From a virus (lineage: Duplodnaviria > Caudoviricetes), in the IMG/VR virus record IMGVR_UViG_3300046057_000065, positions 1 to 30,022 of that record: a stretch of DNA of 30,022 nt. One strand, 5' to 3'. Both the position numbers and the translations under genes were made by a program. The notes under the pieces are model-generated. The model searched no databases and was not told the origin of the DNA. It saw only the letters and a list, made by a program, of their open reading frames with translations. The stretch's first letter is position 1. Every line of letters begins with the position of its first letter. Below are positions 7,752-17,484 of this stretch, one piece after another.

Positions 7752-8786
7752 CTATCGGCCGGCGAGCGTCAGTTTCCGATTTGAGAGGAGGACGTCGACG
7801 GTGTCCCCCTCATCGTCGATCGAGCGCGTCGTCTCGATCACTCGGAGCCGCTCGTCGATGCCGTACGCGGGGAGCTGTACCGGGTACGAGTCGCCGACCG
7901 CCGGGCGCGGGTCGAACTGGTCGACGTCGAGCGCCGTCTCGACCTCGAGGTACTCCGGCGCGTCTGCGTACTCGTTCGCGAGCCGCGTCGCCCGTGCCTG
8001 TAAGCGCGAGCTCGACGTCGAGTCGATCCAGTCGACCTCCCACACCTGCCGCTCGCCGGCGTCGGTCGCGATCGCGGTCGCCTCCTCGTAGATCGTCGGA
8101 TCGTCGTCGGAGATGGCGCGGACGTCCGTCACCTCCTCACGGAGCGTCTGTCGGATCCGCGGCTCCTCGATCACGGCGCCCGCCGACGGAGAGACGACGT
8201 CGTCTCGAGCGGCGCCGCGCCGGTCGAGATAATCCACGGTGCCGTCCGGGTGGTACCTGACCTCGGCGCCGGTCGAGTCCGCGAGCTCGCGGAGCATCGT
8301 CGCGGCCGAGGTGTGGGTCGCCCCGTAGTCAATCGACGACGTCGTCTGCTCGACGACGCCGGTCGCGATCGACGCCGGCATCAGGTCGAGTATGTCCGAC
8401 GCGATCACGTCGTCGGCGGCGGCGCTGCGGGAGAACTCGACCGGCGGCTCGTCGTCGAGCGCGTCGCGTTCCCACGAGTCGATCTGGACGGAGACGGTCG
8501 TCCCGTCGAACTGCCAGTCATCGAGCCGGCCGCCGAAGATCGCCGTCCCGGTGTCGTCCTCGACATACAGCTCGTCATCACGCCGATCGACGAGGTCGAG
8601 GACGTCGAGCCACTCGTCGCGGAAGACGGCCGCCTCGCAGCGACCGACCCGGTCGAGCGCGCGCTCGACGCTGATCGTCGAGAGGGTGACGCGCTCGTCG
8701 TCGATCGCGGTCGGAGACGGGACGACGAGCTCGGATGTCTCGCCGCTCGCGTGCTCGATGACGAGCGTCAGGTCGGCAGTCGCCAC
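7752..8786 (-). CDS. Tail tip / baseplate hub (Tal/gp27-like) protein
   Basis: Follows the tape measure; IFGGRL, LRELADSTG.E....DGTVDYL and VGDSYPV...YGIDERLRVIE patterns typical of hub proteins. Confidence 0.7.
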   Translation of the reverse strand: MATADLTLVIEHASGETSELVVPSPTAIDDERVTLSTISVERALDRVGRCEAAVFRDEWLDVLDLVDRRDDELYVEDDTGTAIFGGRLDDWQFDGTTVSVQIDSWERDALDDEPPVEFSRSAAADDVIASDILDLMPASIATGVVEQTTSSIDYGATHTSAATMLRELADSTGAEVRYHPDGTVDYLDRRGAARDDVVSPSAGAVIEEPRIRQTLREEVTDVRAISDDDPTIYEEATAIATDAGERQVWEVDWIDSTSSSRLQARATRLANEYADAPEYLEVETALDVDQFDPRPAVGDSYPVQLPAYGIDERLRVIETTRSIDDEGDTVDVLLSNRKLTLAGR

Positions 8787-8788
8787 GA

Positions 8789-11146
8789 TCAGGCACCTCC
8801 GAGCGGGTCACGGCCGGAACGCCGATCTTCCGCGACGCCGAGCGCCCGGAGGACCTCTTTCTGACTGACGTCGCCGGCGTCGAGCGCGGCGAGGAGCTCG
8901 ACGACGCGCCGGAGGAGGGAGACGATTTCGTCATCCCTCGAGGCGGCCTCGACCGCCGCTGCGACGTCCTCGGCGTCGGCGCCCGCGTCGGCCTCGACCT
9001 CGCCGCGATCGGAGACCTGCGCCGACTGTACGACTTGCTCCCCCTCGTGGAGGTACGCGCGCCCCTCCTCCTCGATGTACCCGCCGGTGTCGAGCTGCGG
9101 GAGGTCGAACGAGCCGCCGCCGACCGTCTTCGACGGGAGCTCGCCGCCGACCTCCTGACCGGCGATTTCGGTACTGATCGACTGACCGCCGACCTCGACC
9201 TCGGGGAGCTCGATCGAGTCCGGGACGACCGCATTGAAGCCCTCGCGGACGGTCGAGCCGATCGCGTCACCGGCGCCGGAGAGTGCGTCGACGACGCCGT
9301 CGAATATCTCGCCGGCGACGCCGATCGCCGACCCTTTGAGGTCCTCGAGGACGCCGATGACGGCGCCTTTGACGTCCCACGTCCCGGTGAACCACGAGAC
9401 GAGCTCGCCCGCGGAGTCTTTGACGCCGTCGACGAGCCCGGTAAAGACGGACCTCGCCGTCGACGTCGACGCGCGGAACTGTGAGACGATCCGGCCCCAC
9501 GTCCGACCGAGGTATCCCTCGATCGCGGACCACGCGCCTTCCCAGTCGCCGCGGATCGCCGCGAGCGCGACGGTGATCGACGTCGATATCAGGTCGAGCG
9601 TTTGGTCGATCACGCGCCGGACGGTCCCGATCGCGAGCTCGACGACGGCGGTGATCTCGTCGCCGAACGTCGACCAAAGCGTCTGATACACGCCGAGGTA
9701 CAGGGAGAACGCCGTCTGTACGCCGGAGAGGAAGCCGTCGACGTACGGGCGGGCCCAACCGACGAACGACGTCAGTCGCGCCTCGAGGACGTCCCACGTC
9801 GCGGTGAACTCGGCCTCGAGCGGGGCAACGTGTGTCGCGTGCGCCGAGGAGAGGTACCCGAACAGGTTGTTTAGCGGCGGCATCGCGACCGAGACGGCCG
9901 TCTGTATCGCGCTCTCGACGGCGCCGAATGTCGAGTCGACGCCTGCCTCGAGCTGATCGAGCGTCGGCGGGACCGTCCGCTCGAGGTACCCGACGACGTC
10001 GTCGAGGTCGCCCGTGACGGAGCCGACGACGTCGTCGACGATGCCCTGTATCCCGAGGAAGTCCGTCTTCCACGCCGCCGCGAGGACGCCGGCGATCGCG
10101 ACGAGCGGGAGGATCGTCGTCATGAGCGCCCCCATCGCGCCCGTCACGGCGCCGAGTGACGGGACGACCGCCGAGACGTTCACCGTCGAGAGGAACATAC
10201 CGGCGGAGCCGGCGGCCATCATGACGGGCGCGAGAGCGTCGATCGGCCCGAGGAGCCCGCCGGCCGCGAGCTTCACGTCGTCGAAGCGGGCGCGGAGCCG
10301 ATCCATCGTCGTCAGGGAGTCGTTCGCGGCCTCGGCGTGTTTCCGCGTCGTCCCCTCGGCGTCCGCGAGCGCCTGCTGTTGCGCCTCGAGCTCGTCGTTC
10401 GAGAGGCCGAGGGAGTTCATGAGTTTGTCCTGATCGCCCTCGGCCTCGTTCGTCGCCTGACGGAACTCGCGCATCGCCGTCCGGGAGTCCATCCCTTTCT
10501 CCTCGAGCGCAGCGAGGATCGCCGCCGTATCGTCGACGGAGAGGCCCATCTCCTCGATTTCGGGCCCGACCTTCCGGACGGTTTTCGAGAACCCCTCGAC
10601 GTCCATCGTCGTGTTCCGAGCGATAAACGTGAAGGTGTCCATGTGCTCGTTCAGGTCCGAGACGTCCTCCCCCATCGCGTTGAGCGCGGGCCCCGCGCTC
10701 GAGGCGATCGACTGCGCCGAGGAGTCGGTCGCGTCGGCGACCATGTCGGCGGCCGTCGAGACCTCCCGGAGCTCGTCTTTCGTCGTGACTCCCTGACGGG
10801 CGAGCTCGTCCATCGTACCGACGGCGTCTCCCATCGGGAAGGTCGCGTTGCTCATCGAGGCGGCGAGCTCCTCGGTCTCGTCTCGAGTCAGCTCCGTCGA
10901 CGTCGCCGTCCGGCCGAGAGACTCGCGCCACTTCTGCGTCGAGTCGAGCGTCTGCTGCATCGCGCCGCCGGCGGCCGCGATCCCGCCGGAGGCAGCCGCT
11001 CCCGCGGCGTCGAACTCGAAAAGAGTGTCTTGAGTGTTCTCGGCCGCGTCGTCGAATTCGTTACTCGCGTCGGCGGCCTCGTTCGCGTTATCGACGAAGT
11101 CGCTCGCGTCGAGCTCGAGCGCGCCGCCGAGATTATAGTCTGCCAT
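8789..11146 (-). CDS. Tail tape measure protein (785 aa)
   Basis: Longest tail gene, directly after the chaperone pair; helical A/G-rich; central hydrophobic segment; periodic W/F; C-terminal LPQLDTGG...AYLHEGEQVV motif. Confidence 0.93.
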   Translation of the reverse strand: MADYNLGGALELDASDFVDNANEAADASNEFDDAAENTQDTLFEFDAAGAAASGGIAAAGGAMQQTLDSTQKWRESLGRTATSTELTRDETEELAASMSNATFPMGDAVGTMDELARQGVTTKDELREVSTAADMVADATDSSAQSIASSAGPALNAMGEDVSDLNEHMDTFTFIARNTTMDVEGFSKTVRKVGPEIEEMGLSVDDTAAILAALEEKGMDSRTAMREFRQATNEAEGDQDKLMNSLGLSNDELEAQQQALADAEGTTRKHAEAANDSLTTMDRLRARFDDVKLAAGGLLGPIDALAPVMMAAGSAGMFLSTVNVSAVVPSLGAVTGAMGALMTTILPLVAIAGVLAAAWKTDFLGIQGIVDDVVGSVTGDLDDVVGYLERTVPPTLDQLEAGVDSTFGAVESAIQTAVSVAMPPLNNLFGYLSSAHATHVAPLEAEFTATWDVLEARLTSFVGWARPYVDGFLSGVQTAFSLYLGVYQTLWSTFGDEITAVVELAIGTVRRVIDQTLDLISTSITVALAAIRGDWEGAWSAIEGYLGRTWGRIVSQFRASTSTARSVFTGLVDGVKDSAGELVSWFTGTWDVKGAVIGVLEDLKGSAIGVAGEIFDGVVDALSGAGDAIGSTVREGFNAVVPDSIELPEVEVGGQSISTEIAGQEVGGELPSKTVGGGSFDLPQLDTGGYIEEEGRAYLHEGEQVVQSAQVSDRGEVEADAGADAEDVAAAVEAASRDDEIVSLLRRVVELLAALDAGDVSQKEVLRALGVAEDRRSGRDPLGGA

Positions 11147-11345
11147 TTTTCAATAGGTGTTCTTTGTCGCCGTCGTCCGCGCGTTTGACCGCCTCCTCGT
11201 ACCACTCTATCCAGTACCGCTGATCCCCGAGCGGGAGTCGGCCGAACTCGGTGGGCCCGGAGACGCCGACGTGGGAGTACAGCCAGCCGAGATTCTGCCC
11301 GTAATCCGACTGTGCGAACTCCGCTATTCTGTCGGCGCGTTTCCC
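11133..11345 (-). CDS. -1 frame extension of the tail assembly chaperone (gpT equivalent; fusion about 235 aa)
   Basis: Open -1 frame GKRADRIAEFAQSDYG...GRL with no credible start of its own; entered at the slippery heptamer. Confidence 0.8.
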   Translation of the reverse strand, partial: GKRADRIAEFAQSDYGQNLGWLYSHVGVSGPTEFGRLPLGDQRYWIEWYEEAVKRADDGDKEHLLKNGRL

Positions 11346-11839
11346 CCGAGCGCGACCGATCGAGCTGTCTCGACCGCGTCGATCATGCCGACCGAGTCGG
11401 CCCACCAGTCGAGGTCATACTCGTCCTCAAGCGACCAGCTCTCGAGCGTCCCCCACAGGTACTCGGCGAAGTCCGTGATCGCGCCGCCTTCCTCCTCGAC
11501 CTCGTCGATCTTCTCGAGAATCTCGATCGAGGCGCGGCCGCTCGGCTTGCCGAACCGGAGCGCCCCCTCGCCGTCGACGGGGAGCGCGACCGTCCCGACG
11601 CGGCGGTCGGCGGTCATGCGGTACCCGGGCTCGTCGCCGGCGCCGTCGGTCTCGAGCTCGGCCGCGGTCGTCGCGTCGTTGTTCCCGTCGGCCGTGACCG
11701 GCTCCGGCGGCCTCTCGAGCTGCCGGCGCGTCTCCTTGAGCTCGCGTCGACGCCCCGACGCGGCCTCCTGCTCCGAGGCGACGTCGTCGAGCGCGGCGAT
11801 CAGCTCGCCGCTGTTCTCGAGTGCGGTGACGTCACTCAT
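11324..11839 (-). CDS. Tail assembly chaperone (gpG equivalent)
   Basis: Between tail tube and tape measure; ends ...GGN(APTE) over G GGA AAC. Confidence 0.85.
   Translation of the reverse strand: MSDVTALENSGELIAALDDVASEQEAASGRRRELKETRRQLERPPEPVTADGNNDATTAAELETDGAGDEPGYRMTADRRVGTVALPVDGEGALRFGKPSGRASIEILEKIDEVEEEGGAITDFAEYLWGTLESWSLEDEYDLDWWADSVGMIDAVETARSVALGGNAPTE
11339..11345 (-). other. Programmed -1 frameshift slippery site G GGA AAC
   Basis: In-frame X XXY YYZ heptamer four codons before the stop (lambda G/GT uses GGGAAAG). Confidence 0.85.
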
Positions 11840-11841
11840 CG

Positions 11842-12348
11842 TTAGGCGGTGCTACCGATTTCGCTGGTAGTATCGAGCCGGAGCGCACCCTCGATGTACC
11901 CGGTCATATCGTACAGCACGGCGTTCCCGCCGTCCTCGTACGAGCCGATATCCCACCGGACGTTATCGAAGGAGTCGATCGTCTCCGCCTCGGTGTTGTC
12001 GATCGCGACGTCCTGACCGAAGAACCACAGCTCGGCGGTCGGCCACTCGCGGTTACTGTCCCGGATATACTCGTCGGTGTCCGGGTCCTTGACGCCGAAC
12101 TGCTCGAGCGCGTCGCTCGAGACGGAGCGCGCCGTCTTGACCGTGATCTGCGGGTTCTCGTTCGTCGGGTCGACGATTGTCCGCGACCTCGTCGACGGCG
12201 TGTACTCCGAGGTCTCCTCGTTGAACTCGACGGTGATACTCTCCTCGTTCGTAAGCGCGACCGCGTGCGCGTCGCCGGCGCTGTCGATTTGGACGAGCGC
12301 GACCGTACGCGGTGCGAGTTTCGAATCTGACGTTTCGTTGATGCTCAT
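11842..12348 (-). CDS. Major tail tube protein
   Basis: 168 aa, beta-rich, canonical position between terminator and chaperone. Confidence 0.75.
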   Translation of the reverse strand: MSINETSDSKLAPRTVALVQIDSAGDAHAVALTNEESITVEFNEETSEYTPSTRSRTIVDPTNENPQITVKTARSVSSDALEQFGVKDPDTDEYIRDSNREWPTAELWFFGQDVAIDNTEAETIDSFDNVRWDIGSYEDGGNAVLYDMTGYIEGALRLDTTSEIGSTA

Positions 12349-12354
12349 GGCTGT

Positions 12355-12813
12355 TTACTCGTAAGTTGTGTTCGGGTCAGTTCGCTCGTACGTGACGCTC
12401 GTCACGCCGAGGTACCGATTCCGCTCGTCGTCGAAGGCGACCTCCTCGTCGGCGGTCACTCCCTCGGCGCCCCACCCGTCGCGGGACGTCGTCAGGATAT
12501 CGACGACGCGGTCCTTCAGCTCGATCAGCTCGAGGAGCGACCCGGGCGCCTCGGAGTCCTCGACGAACGACGTCGACGCGTCGACGAGCGCCCGGACCTC
12601 GAACTGTTTTTCCTCGAGCCGATTGTTCCGCTCCGAGGAGCTCCCCGAGACGCCGATCGCGACGAGCGGGTCGGCGTCAGTCTCTCGGGCGATCTGCGCG
12701 GCGACGACATCGCCGTCCGCGCCGAGGAGGTCGGACGCCTCGGCGTCCTCGTCGACCCACCGCAGCGAGTCGGCGAGGAGCTCGGCCGTCCGACCGTTCT
12801 CGTGGGACGTCAT
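12355..12813 (-). CDS. Tail terminator / completion protein (152 aa)
   Basis: ATGA overlap with the gp10-like gene; size and position. Confidence 0.65.
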   Translation of the reverse strand: MTSHENGRTAELLADSLRWVDEDAEASDLLGADGDVVAAQIARETDADPLVAIGVSGSSSERNNRLEEKQFEVRALVDASTSFVEDSEAPGSLLELIELKDRVVDILTTSRDGWGAEGVTADEEVAFDDERNRYLGVTSVTYERTDPNTTYE

Positions 12814-13295
12814 CCGAGCCCCACCTCCGCGGCGGCGTCCTCGATCGCCTCGAGGAGCCGGTCGAGCGCCCACTCGATGTTATCGTACAGCCCGGAGCGG
12901 AGGAAGCGGTGCTCCTCGATACCGGTCTCCGCGATCGACCGCGCGACCGGGTACGCAAGATCCTCGTCGCCGAGGACGCGCCCCGCCCAGCCCCGGAGCG
13001 CCGACGGCGGCGGGAAGAACGGATCCGTCCCCTCCTCGAGGGGCTGGGCGTAGTCGAGGTTCGTCCCGATGACGATCTTCAGGAGTGTCCCGCCGACGAC
13101 CTCCGCGAAGCCCTCGATCGACGAGGACAGCCGCCCCTCGTCGACCGGTGCCGCCTCGTCGGCCGTCCCGCGCATCCGGGCGGCGATGTCGTCGCCGGCG
13201 GACGCGAGTTCGTCCTCGAGGGCGTCCGTGAGGTCTTCGAGCGCCTCGCGGAGCTCCGTCGGTGAGCCTTCGACCCACGTCAGTTCGGACTCCAT
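12810..13295 (-). CDS. HK97 gp10-like neck protein (161 aa)
   Basis: APVDEGRLSSSI, GTNLDYAQPLEEGT and HRFLR motifs match the gp10 family (PVDTG.LR.SI / YA..VE.GT / PFL). Confidence 0.88.
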   Translation of the reverse strand: MESELTWVEGSPTELREALEDLTDALEDELASAGDDIAARMRGTADEAAPVDEGRLSSSIEGFAEVVGGTLLKIVIGTNLDYAQPLEEGTDPFFPPPSALRGWAGRVLGDEDLAYPVARSIAETGIEEHRFLRSGLYDNIEWALDRLLEAIEDAAAEVGLG

Positions 13296-13696
13296 CAGTC
13301 GGCCCTCTCGAGTTCGGCCTCGACCGAGACGACGTACCCCCGGCGGTGGTCCGTCTGCGTGTCGAGCCCGCGGATCTCGTACGTGGTCGATTCGCCCTCG
13401 ATGTCGACGAGGTCGCCCTCCTGGAGCTCGTCCGCGATCGCGGCGGCAAAGGTCACCGTCGCCGGGCGCTGGACGCGCTCGCCGGAGTCCTCCCGGACGA
13501 ACGACGTCGACCGGTCGTCGAACTGGCACGGGACATCCTCGGCGATCGGCTCGAGTGACGAGTCGTCGCCCGACTCGGTGTCGTTGATCGGCTCGCCGAT
13601 CGCGTTCGTCTCGATGGTGTCGTCGTCCGGGTCGAGTTCGCGATACCGGCGGATGGTCGCCCGGTCGGTCAGCGATACCTCGAGCCGGTGGCGCAT
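13295..13696 (-). CDS. Head closure / stopper protein (SPP1 gp16-like)
   Basis: N.IGEP...DVPCQF...LQEGDLV....TYEI pattern; follows the adaptor. Confidence 0.72.
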   Translation of the reverse strand: MRHRLEVSLTDRATIRRYRELDPDDDTIETNAIGEPINDTESGDDSSLEPIAEDVPCQFDDRSTSFVREDSGERVQRPATVTFAAAIADELQEGDLVDIEGESTTYEIRGLDTQTDHRRGYVVSVEAELERAD

Positions 13697-14329
13697 CTAG
13701 ATCACCATCGCGCCGCTGTGGTAGCTGTCCGGTTCGTACTGGGCGACCGTCCGGCGGACGTCCGCGCGGATCTCCTCCGGCGGGCGGAAGCTTGCGCTCT
13801 GGCCCGAGGGGAGCGACTCGCTCTCGAGGCCGTCCGTCTGGATCCGGTCGAGACGGGAGCGGACGAGCCGCACGAGCGCGTCGATGACCTCGCCCGGCGG
13901 CTCCTCGTAGCCGTACTCCCACTCGACGGTGATCGGCCCGTCGGGCCAGCTGGTGAGCGGGGCGGCCTCGAGGAGCTGGACGTGCGTCTCCCGAACGCGG
14001 ACATCGGTGTCGACGTCGAGCGCCGTGCCGTCGGCGTCGATCGACGTGACCGAGCGGACGGGGCGCTCTCGGAGCAGGAGGTCGTCGCCGACCGCTGCGG
14101 TGTCTCCGTAGAGCGTCGCCGTCGTCGTCGTCGGGACAAACCGCGTGTCCGCGTAGTTCGGGCCCTCGATCCGGTCGGACTCCTCGTCGAGGAAGCGCTG
14201 GAGCAGCTGCTCCCAGTCGCTCACGTCCTCGCCGTCACCGACCTCGTCGTCGACGCCGAGCGCCTCGGGACGATACGCGATCTCGTCCTCGAGGGTGGCG
14301 ACGTTCAGGTAGCGTTCGGGATCCGACAT
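13697..14329 (-). CDS. Head-tail adaptor (gp6/gp15-like)
   Basis: YLNVATL, RPVRSVTSI, ITVEWEYGYEEPPGEVIDA and ESESL motifs typical of long-type adaptors. Confidence 0.82.
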   Translation of the reverse strand: MSDPERYLNVATLEDEIAYRPEALGVDDEVGDGEDVSDWEQLLQRFLDEESDRIEGPNYADTRFVPTTTTATLYGDTAAVGDDLLLRERPVRSVTSIDADGTALDVDTDVRVRETHVQLLEAAPLTSWPDGPITVEWEYGYEEPPGEVIDALVRLVRSRLDRIQTDGLESESLPSGQSASFRPPEEIRADVRRTVAQYEPDSYHSGAMVI

Positions 14330-14332
14330 GGG

Positions 14333-14701
14333 TTACTCCTCCAGCTCGGCGCGGCGGACGCCGATGGCGTCCAGGACAGTGTCGCTGGTCTCGGCCTCGG
14401 CGATCGCCTCGAGGTGCTCGTCGACCTCGCCGGCTTCGACCCGCGCGGCGCGATCGTCATAGTCGGCCTCGAGCCACTCCTCGACGTCGAACTCGCCGTC
14501 GGCGGTACTGGCGCCGGCGTCGATGTCGGCATCGCCGGCGTCACCGCTGGCGGCCGTCTCGGCGCGGACGAAGTACCGCTTCTCCTCGAGGAGGCGCTCG
14601 CCGACGTCGGGATCGACGTCGACGACGTCGCCAGGCTCGGAGGTGAACCCCGGGCCGGAGTACCGGCTCGGCGAGTTCTTCTCACGGTGGCGCAGTTGCA
14701 T
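14333..14701 (-). CDS. Small capsid-adjacent protein (122 aa)
   Basis: PGDVVDVD...GERLL N-terminal motif and helical AE...TVLDAI..R C-terminus; directly after the capsid gene. Confidence 0.75.
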   Translation of the reverse strand: MQLRHREKNSPSRYSGPGFTSEPGDVVDVDPDVGERLLEEKRYFVRAETAASGDAGDADIDAGASTADGEFDVEEWLEADYDDRAARVEAGEVDEHLEAIAEAETSDTVLDAIGVRRAELEE

Positions 14702-14716
14702 GTGCGCTCACCCCGG

Positions 14717-15733
14717 TTAGGCCGTCGGCTCGGCCATGTTCTCGATGATCGAGACGGCCTCGCCCTGCTCGACGGCGAAGTCGATGCGGGAGGTGACGCC
14801 GTACTGGGCGAAGAGGTCGTTCTTGACGACCTTCTCGGACTCGGTGGTGACGTCGACCCGCATGTCCCGGTGGGGCGCGAACGCGAGGTTCATCGGGTCG
14901 GTGAACACCACAGTGTCGCTCTGGACCGCAGTCGACGGGACGATCGGGTAGCCCGTCGGCGTCGGCACCTCGTCGGTCGTCAGCATGGAGTCGCCGAGCG
15001 ACGTCTCCCGCTCCGCGAGGTCCTGGCGGTAGGCCATGACCTGCTTGGGGTGGGCGAAGAAGACGGGGTCGGTCGCGTTGAGGTACTTGTCCTCGATGTT
15101 GTACGTCAGGTCGAACAGGTGCCCCGAGGTGAGCGTGTCGGTCGCCCCGTCGTCGTCGACAGCGGCGCCGTCGCTCTCGGCCTCGACGATCCAGCCGTCG
15201 AGGATCGAGTAGAACGGGTGAGGGTCGCCCGACCCGTCGTCGAGCGTCGCGTCGGTGTCACCCTGGAACGCGAGCGTCTCGAGGTCGAACTGGTACTGGC
15301 TCGAGAACTGCGAGAGGATGATCTGCGCGGTGTTCTCGTACTCGATGGTGTCCTCGACGGTCTCCCGCGAGAGGTCCCAGCCGAAGCCGACCTTCGTGAC
15401 GTCGATGTCGACCTTCGAGCTGTCGATCGTGTCCGACTGGTCGGTGACGGACGAGTTCTCGCCGACCTCGCGCAGGAGGCGCTCGCCGACGCCGATCCGG
15501 TCGATCTGCGACTCGGGGCCGTCGACGGGCACCCGGCGGACGCGATCGAGGACGTTCGACTCGTCGATGACCTCCTGGTAGAATTCGGCGAACTGCTGGC
15601 GGTTCAGCCGGCCGCCGTCCTGGAAGTCGCCGGTCGTGATCTCCTTGATGACCTCCGCGTTCTTGTTGCGGATCGCGGAGAGCGTCTGTTCGCGGTTCAG
15701 CGTCCGTCCGCCGGAAAGCTTGACGACTGTCAT
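14717..15733 (-). CDS. Major capsid protein (HK97 fold)
   Basis: GGRLNRQQFAEFY, IDRIGVGERLL, LETLAFQGD and VFTDPMNL motifs; 338 aa; follows protease/scaffold. Confidence 0.92.
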   Translation of the reverse strand: MTVVKLSGGRTLNREQTLSAIRNKNAEVIKEITTGDFQDGGRLNRQQFAEFYQEVIDESNVLDRVRRVPVDGPESQIDRIGVGERLLREVGENSSVTDQSDTIDSSKVDIDVTKVGFGWDLSRETVEDTIEYENTAQIILSQFSSQYQFDLETLAFQGDTDATLDDGSGDPHPFYSILDGWIVEAESDGAAVDDDGATDTLTSGHLFDLTYNIEDKYLNATDPVFFAHPKQVMAYRQDLAERETSLGDSMLTTDEVPTPTGYPIVPSTAVQSDTVVFTDPMNLAFAPHRDMRVDVTTESEKVVKNDLFAQYGVTSRIDFAVEQGEAVSIIENMAEPTA

Positions 15734-17397
15734 CGGGTGAACACCTGCTTCTCGGTTTCGACCGCGTTCTTGCCCGTCTCACTGTTGCCGCCGTTGCCAC
15801 CGAGCTGGTCGGTGCCGGCGGTCGACTGCGAGAGCTTGTCGAGGCGCTCCTGGAGCTCCTCGACCTGCTTCTCGAGGTCCTCGTCGCCGCCTGAGCCGTC
15901 GTCGGCGCCGGCGCCCTTGCTGGTCCCGTCCCCGCCGTCGTCGGCGAGGTCGTCGATGCGCTTCTCGAGTTCGTCGAGCTTCTGCTCGACGTCGATGTCG
16001 GTGTCGTCAGTCATTTCGATGGTTGCGTCGATGTGGTCGCCGAGCCAGTCGGCGAAGTCGTCGGTGACGACGTTCTCTTCGGCGTCGCGATCGGCGTGGT
16101 ACTCGTCGAACGCGTTCTGCAGCGCGACGATCTGGTCGGGCGAGAGTTCCTCGGCCCACTCCATTTCCCACGACCACTCGCGGAAGTCGCCGACGGTGGC
16201 GTCACCGTGGTTCGTCGCGAACTCCTCGACGGTGTCCGCGACGATCTCGGCCTGCTCCGGCGTGAGTTCCTTGGCGACGGACTCGAGGGTCTTCTCGGCC
16301 ACCTTCTCGGAGTACGCCGTGAGGTCGAAGTCGAAGCGAGTGTCGTCTGAAAAGCGGTTCGTCTGGTAGTCGATGTCGTCGAGGTCCGACGCCAGGGCCG
16401 CCTCGATCGCGTCGTGGGCGGCCATCAGCGCGTTCCGGTTCTCCTGGTTGAGGGTCCGTCCCTCCTTGACGACGGTCGCGGCCTTCGCGAGCGTCGCTCC
16501 AGAGACCGCGGTGTCGCCGACGTCGACGTCGACGTCGGCACCAGGTCCCGGCCCGGCCGGCATCACTGCCTTCCGGAGGCGCTTGAGGAAGCCGACGTCC
16601 TCGTCGTCGAGGCCCCCGGCATCGGGATCGGTCGGGTTCGTGCTCATGTCATGTTTCTGTGTGGTGTCCGCATCGGCGGCGAGCGTCGCGAGCTTCTCGA
16701 GGGTCTCGCCCTTCGAGACGCCAGCTCGCTTCTCGACGCCATCGAGGAACGACCAGAGCCGACGGGCGTCCTCCTCGGTGTGGCCCCGATCGGCGAACAC
16801 GTCGACGAACTCCTCCTCGCCGGCGACATCGTTGACGATCGACTTCCCGATCGACTTCGCCGTCGCATACGTCGCACTCGGCACTGCCGGGATGTCGACG
16901 TCGCTCACCTCCGTGGTGAACCCGTTGACGATCTCCTCGAGGTCGTCGTCGACGGCCTCGATGTCGACCGCGTCGGGCACGGCGACCTCGTCGGGGAGGT
17001 CGTCCGCCGACTCGTACTCGACGACCTGGGAGACCTCGCCCCCGATCGAGAATCCGGTCAGGATCTCGTCGCGGATCAGGCCCCACAGCTCGTCATCGTG
17101 GTACTTGCGCGTCACGTACCAGGTCCCCGCCGGGAACGTCTCGCCGCCGAGCTCGATCGGCTCGTCCGCGAGGGCGTTCTCGACGAGTTCCGCGGCGTCA
17201 TCAGGGAAGCGGGCGTGCATGACCCCGTCGTCAGGATCGGGGTTGTACATCGCCCCGACCCCCTCCGGCCGGGGCCAGTCGCCCTGGCGGTCGACTTCCC
17301 ACGGAACGAGGACGGCGCCGGTCGCCGTCCGCTCCTCTTCGTCGACCTCCTTGATGGCGACGTGTTTCTCGAAGCGACGCGGCTCTGTCTCTGTCAT
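15730..17397 (-). CDS. Prohead protease (XkdF-like) fused to scaffold (555 aa)
   Basis: GAVLVP.EVDRQGD, VMH, GTW, LTGFSIGG and EVSDVDIPAVPSA motifs; C-terminal coiled coils. Confidence 0.88.
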   Translation of the reverse strand: MTETEPRRFEKHVAIKEVDEEERTATGAVLVPWEVDRQGDWPRPEGVGAMYNPDPDDGVMHARFPDDAAELVENALADEPIELGGETFPAGTWYVTRKYHDDELWGLIRDEILTGFSIGGEVSQVVEYESADDLPDEVAVPDAVDIEAVDDDLEEIVNGFTTEVSDVDIPAVPSATYATAKSIGKSIVNDVAGEEEFVDVFADRGHTEEDARRLWSFLDGVEKRAGVSKGETLEKLATLAADADTTQKHDMSTNPTDPDAGGLDDEDVGFLKRLRKAVMPAGPGPGADVDVDVGDTAVSGATLAKAATVVKEGRTLNQENRNALMAAHDAIEAALASDLDDIDYQTNRFSDDTRFDFDLTAYSEKVAEKTLESVAKELTPEQAEIVADTVEEFATNHGDATVGDFREWSWEMEWAEELSPDQIVALQNAFDEYHADRDAEENVVTDDFADWLGDHIDATIEMTDDTDIDVEQKLDELEKRIDDLADDGGDGTSKGAGADDGSGGDEDLEKQVEELQERLDKLSQSTAGTDQLGGNGGNSETGKNAVETEKQVFTR

Positions 17398-17484
17398 GTC
17401 TCGATCTCGGCCGGGTAGAAGCCCTCGAACAGCGGCCCCGGCGGGCATGTCGTCATCGGGAGTCGTCTGCTCAACCGCGCGGTA

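Noticed and set aside
13688-16369. 893-aa plus-strand ORF and many other long Arg/Ser-rich ORFs
   Set aside because: Antisense or off-frame shadows of high-GC genes; the acidic minus-strand frames carry the recognisable motifs.
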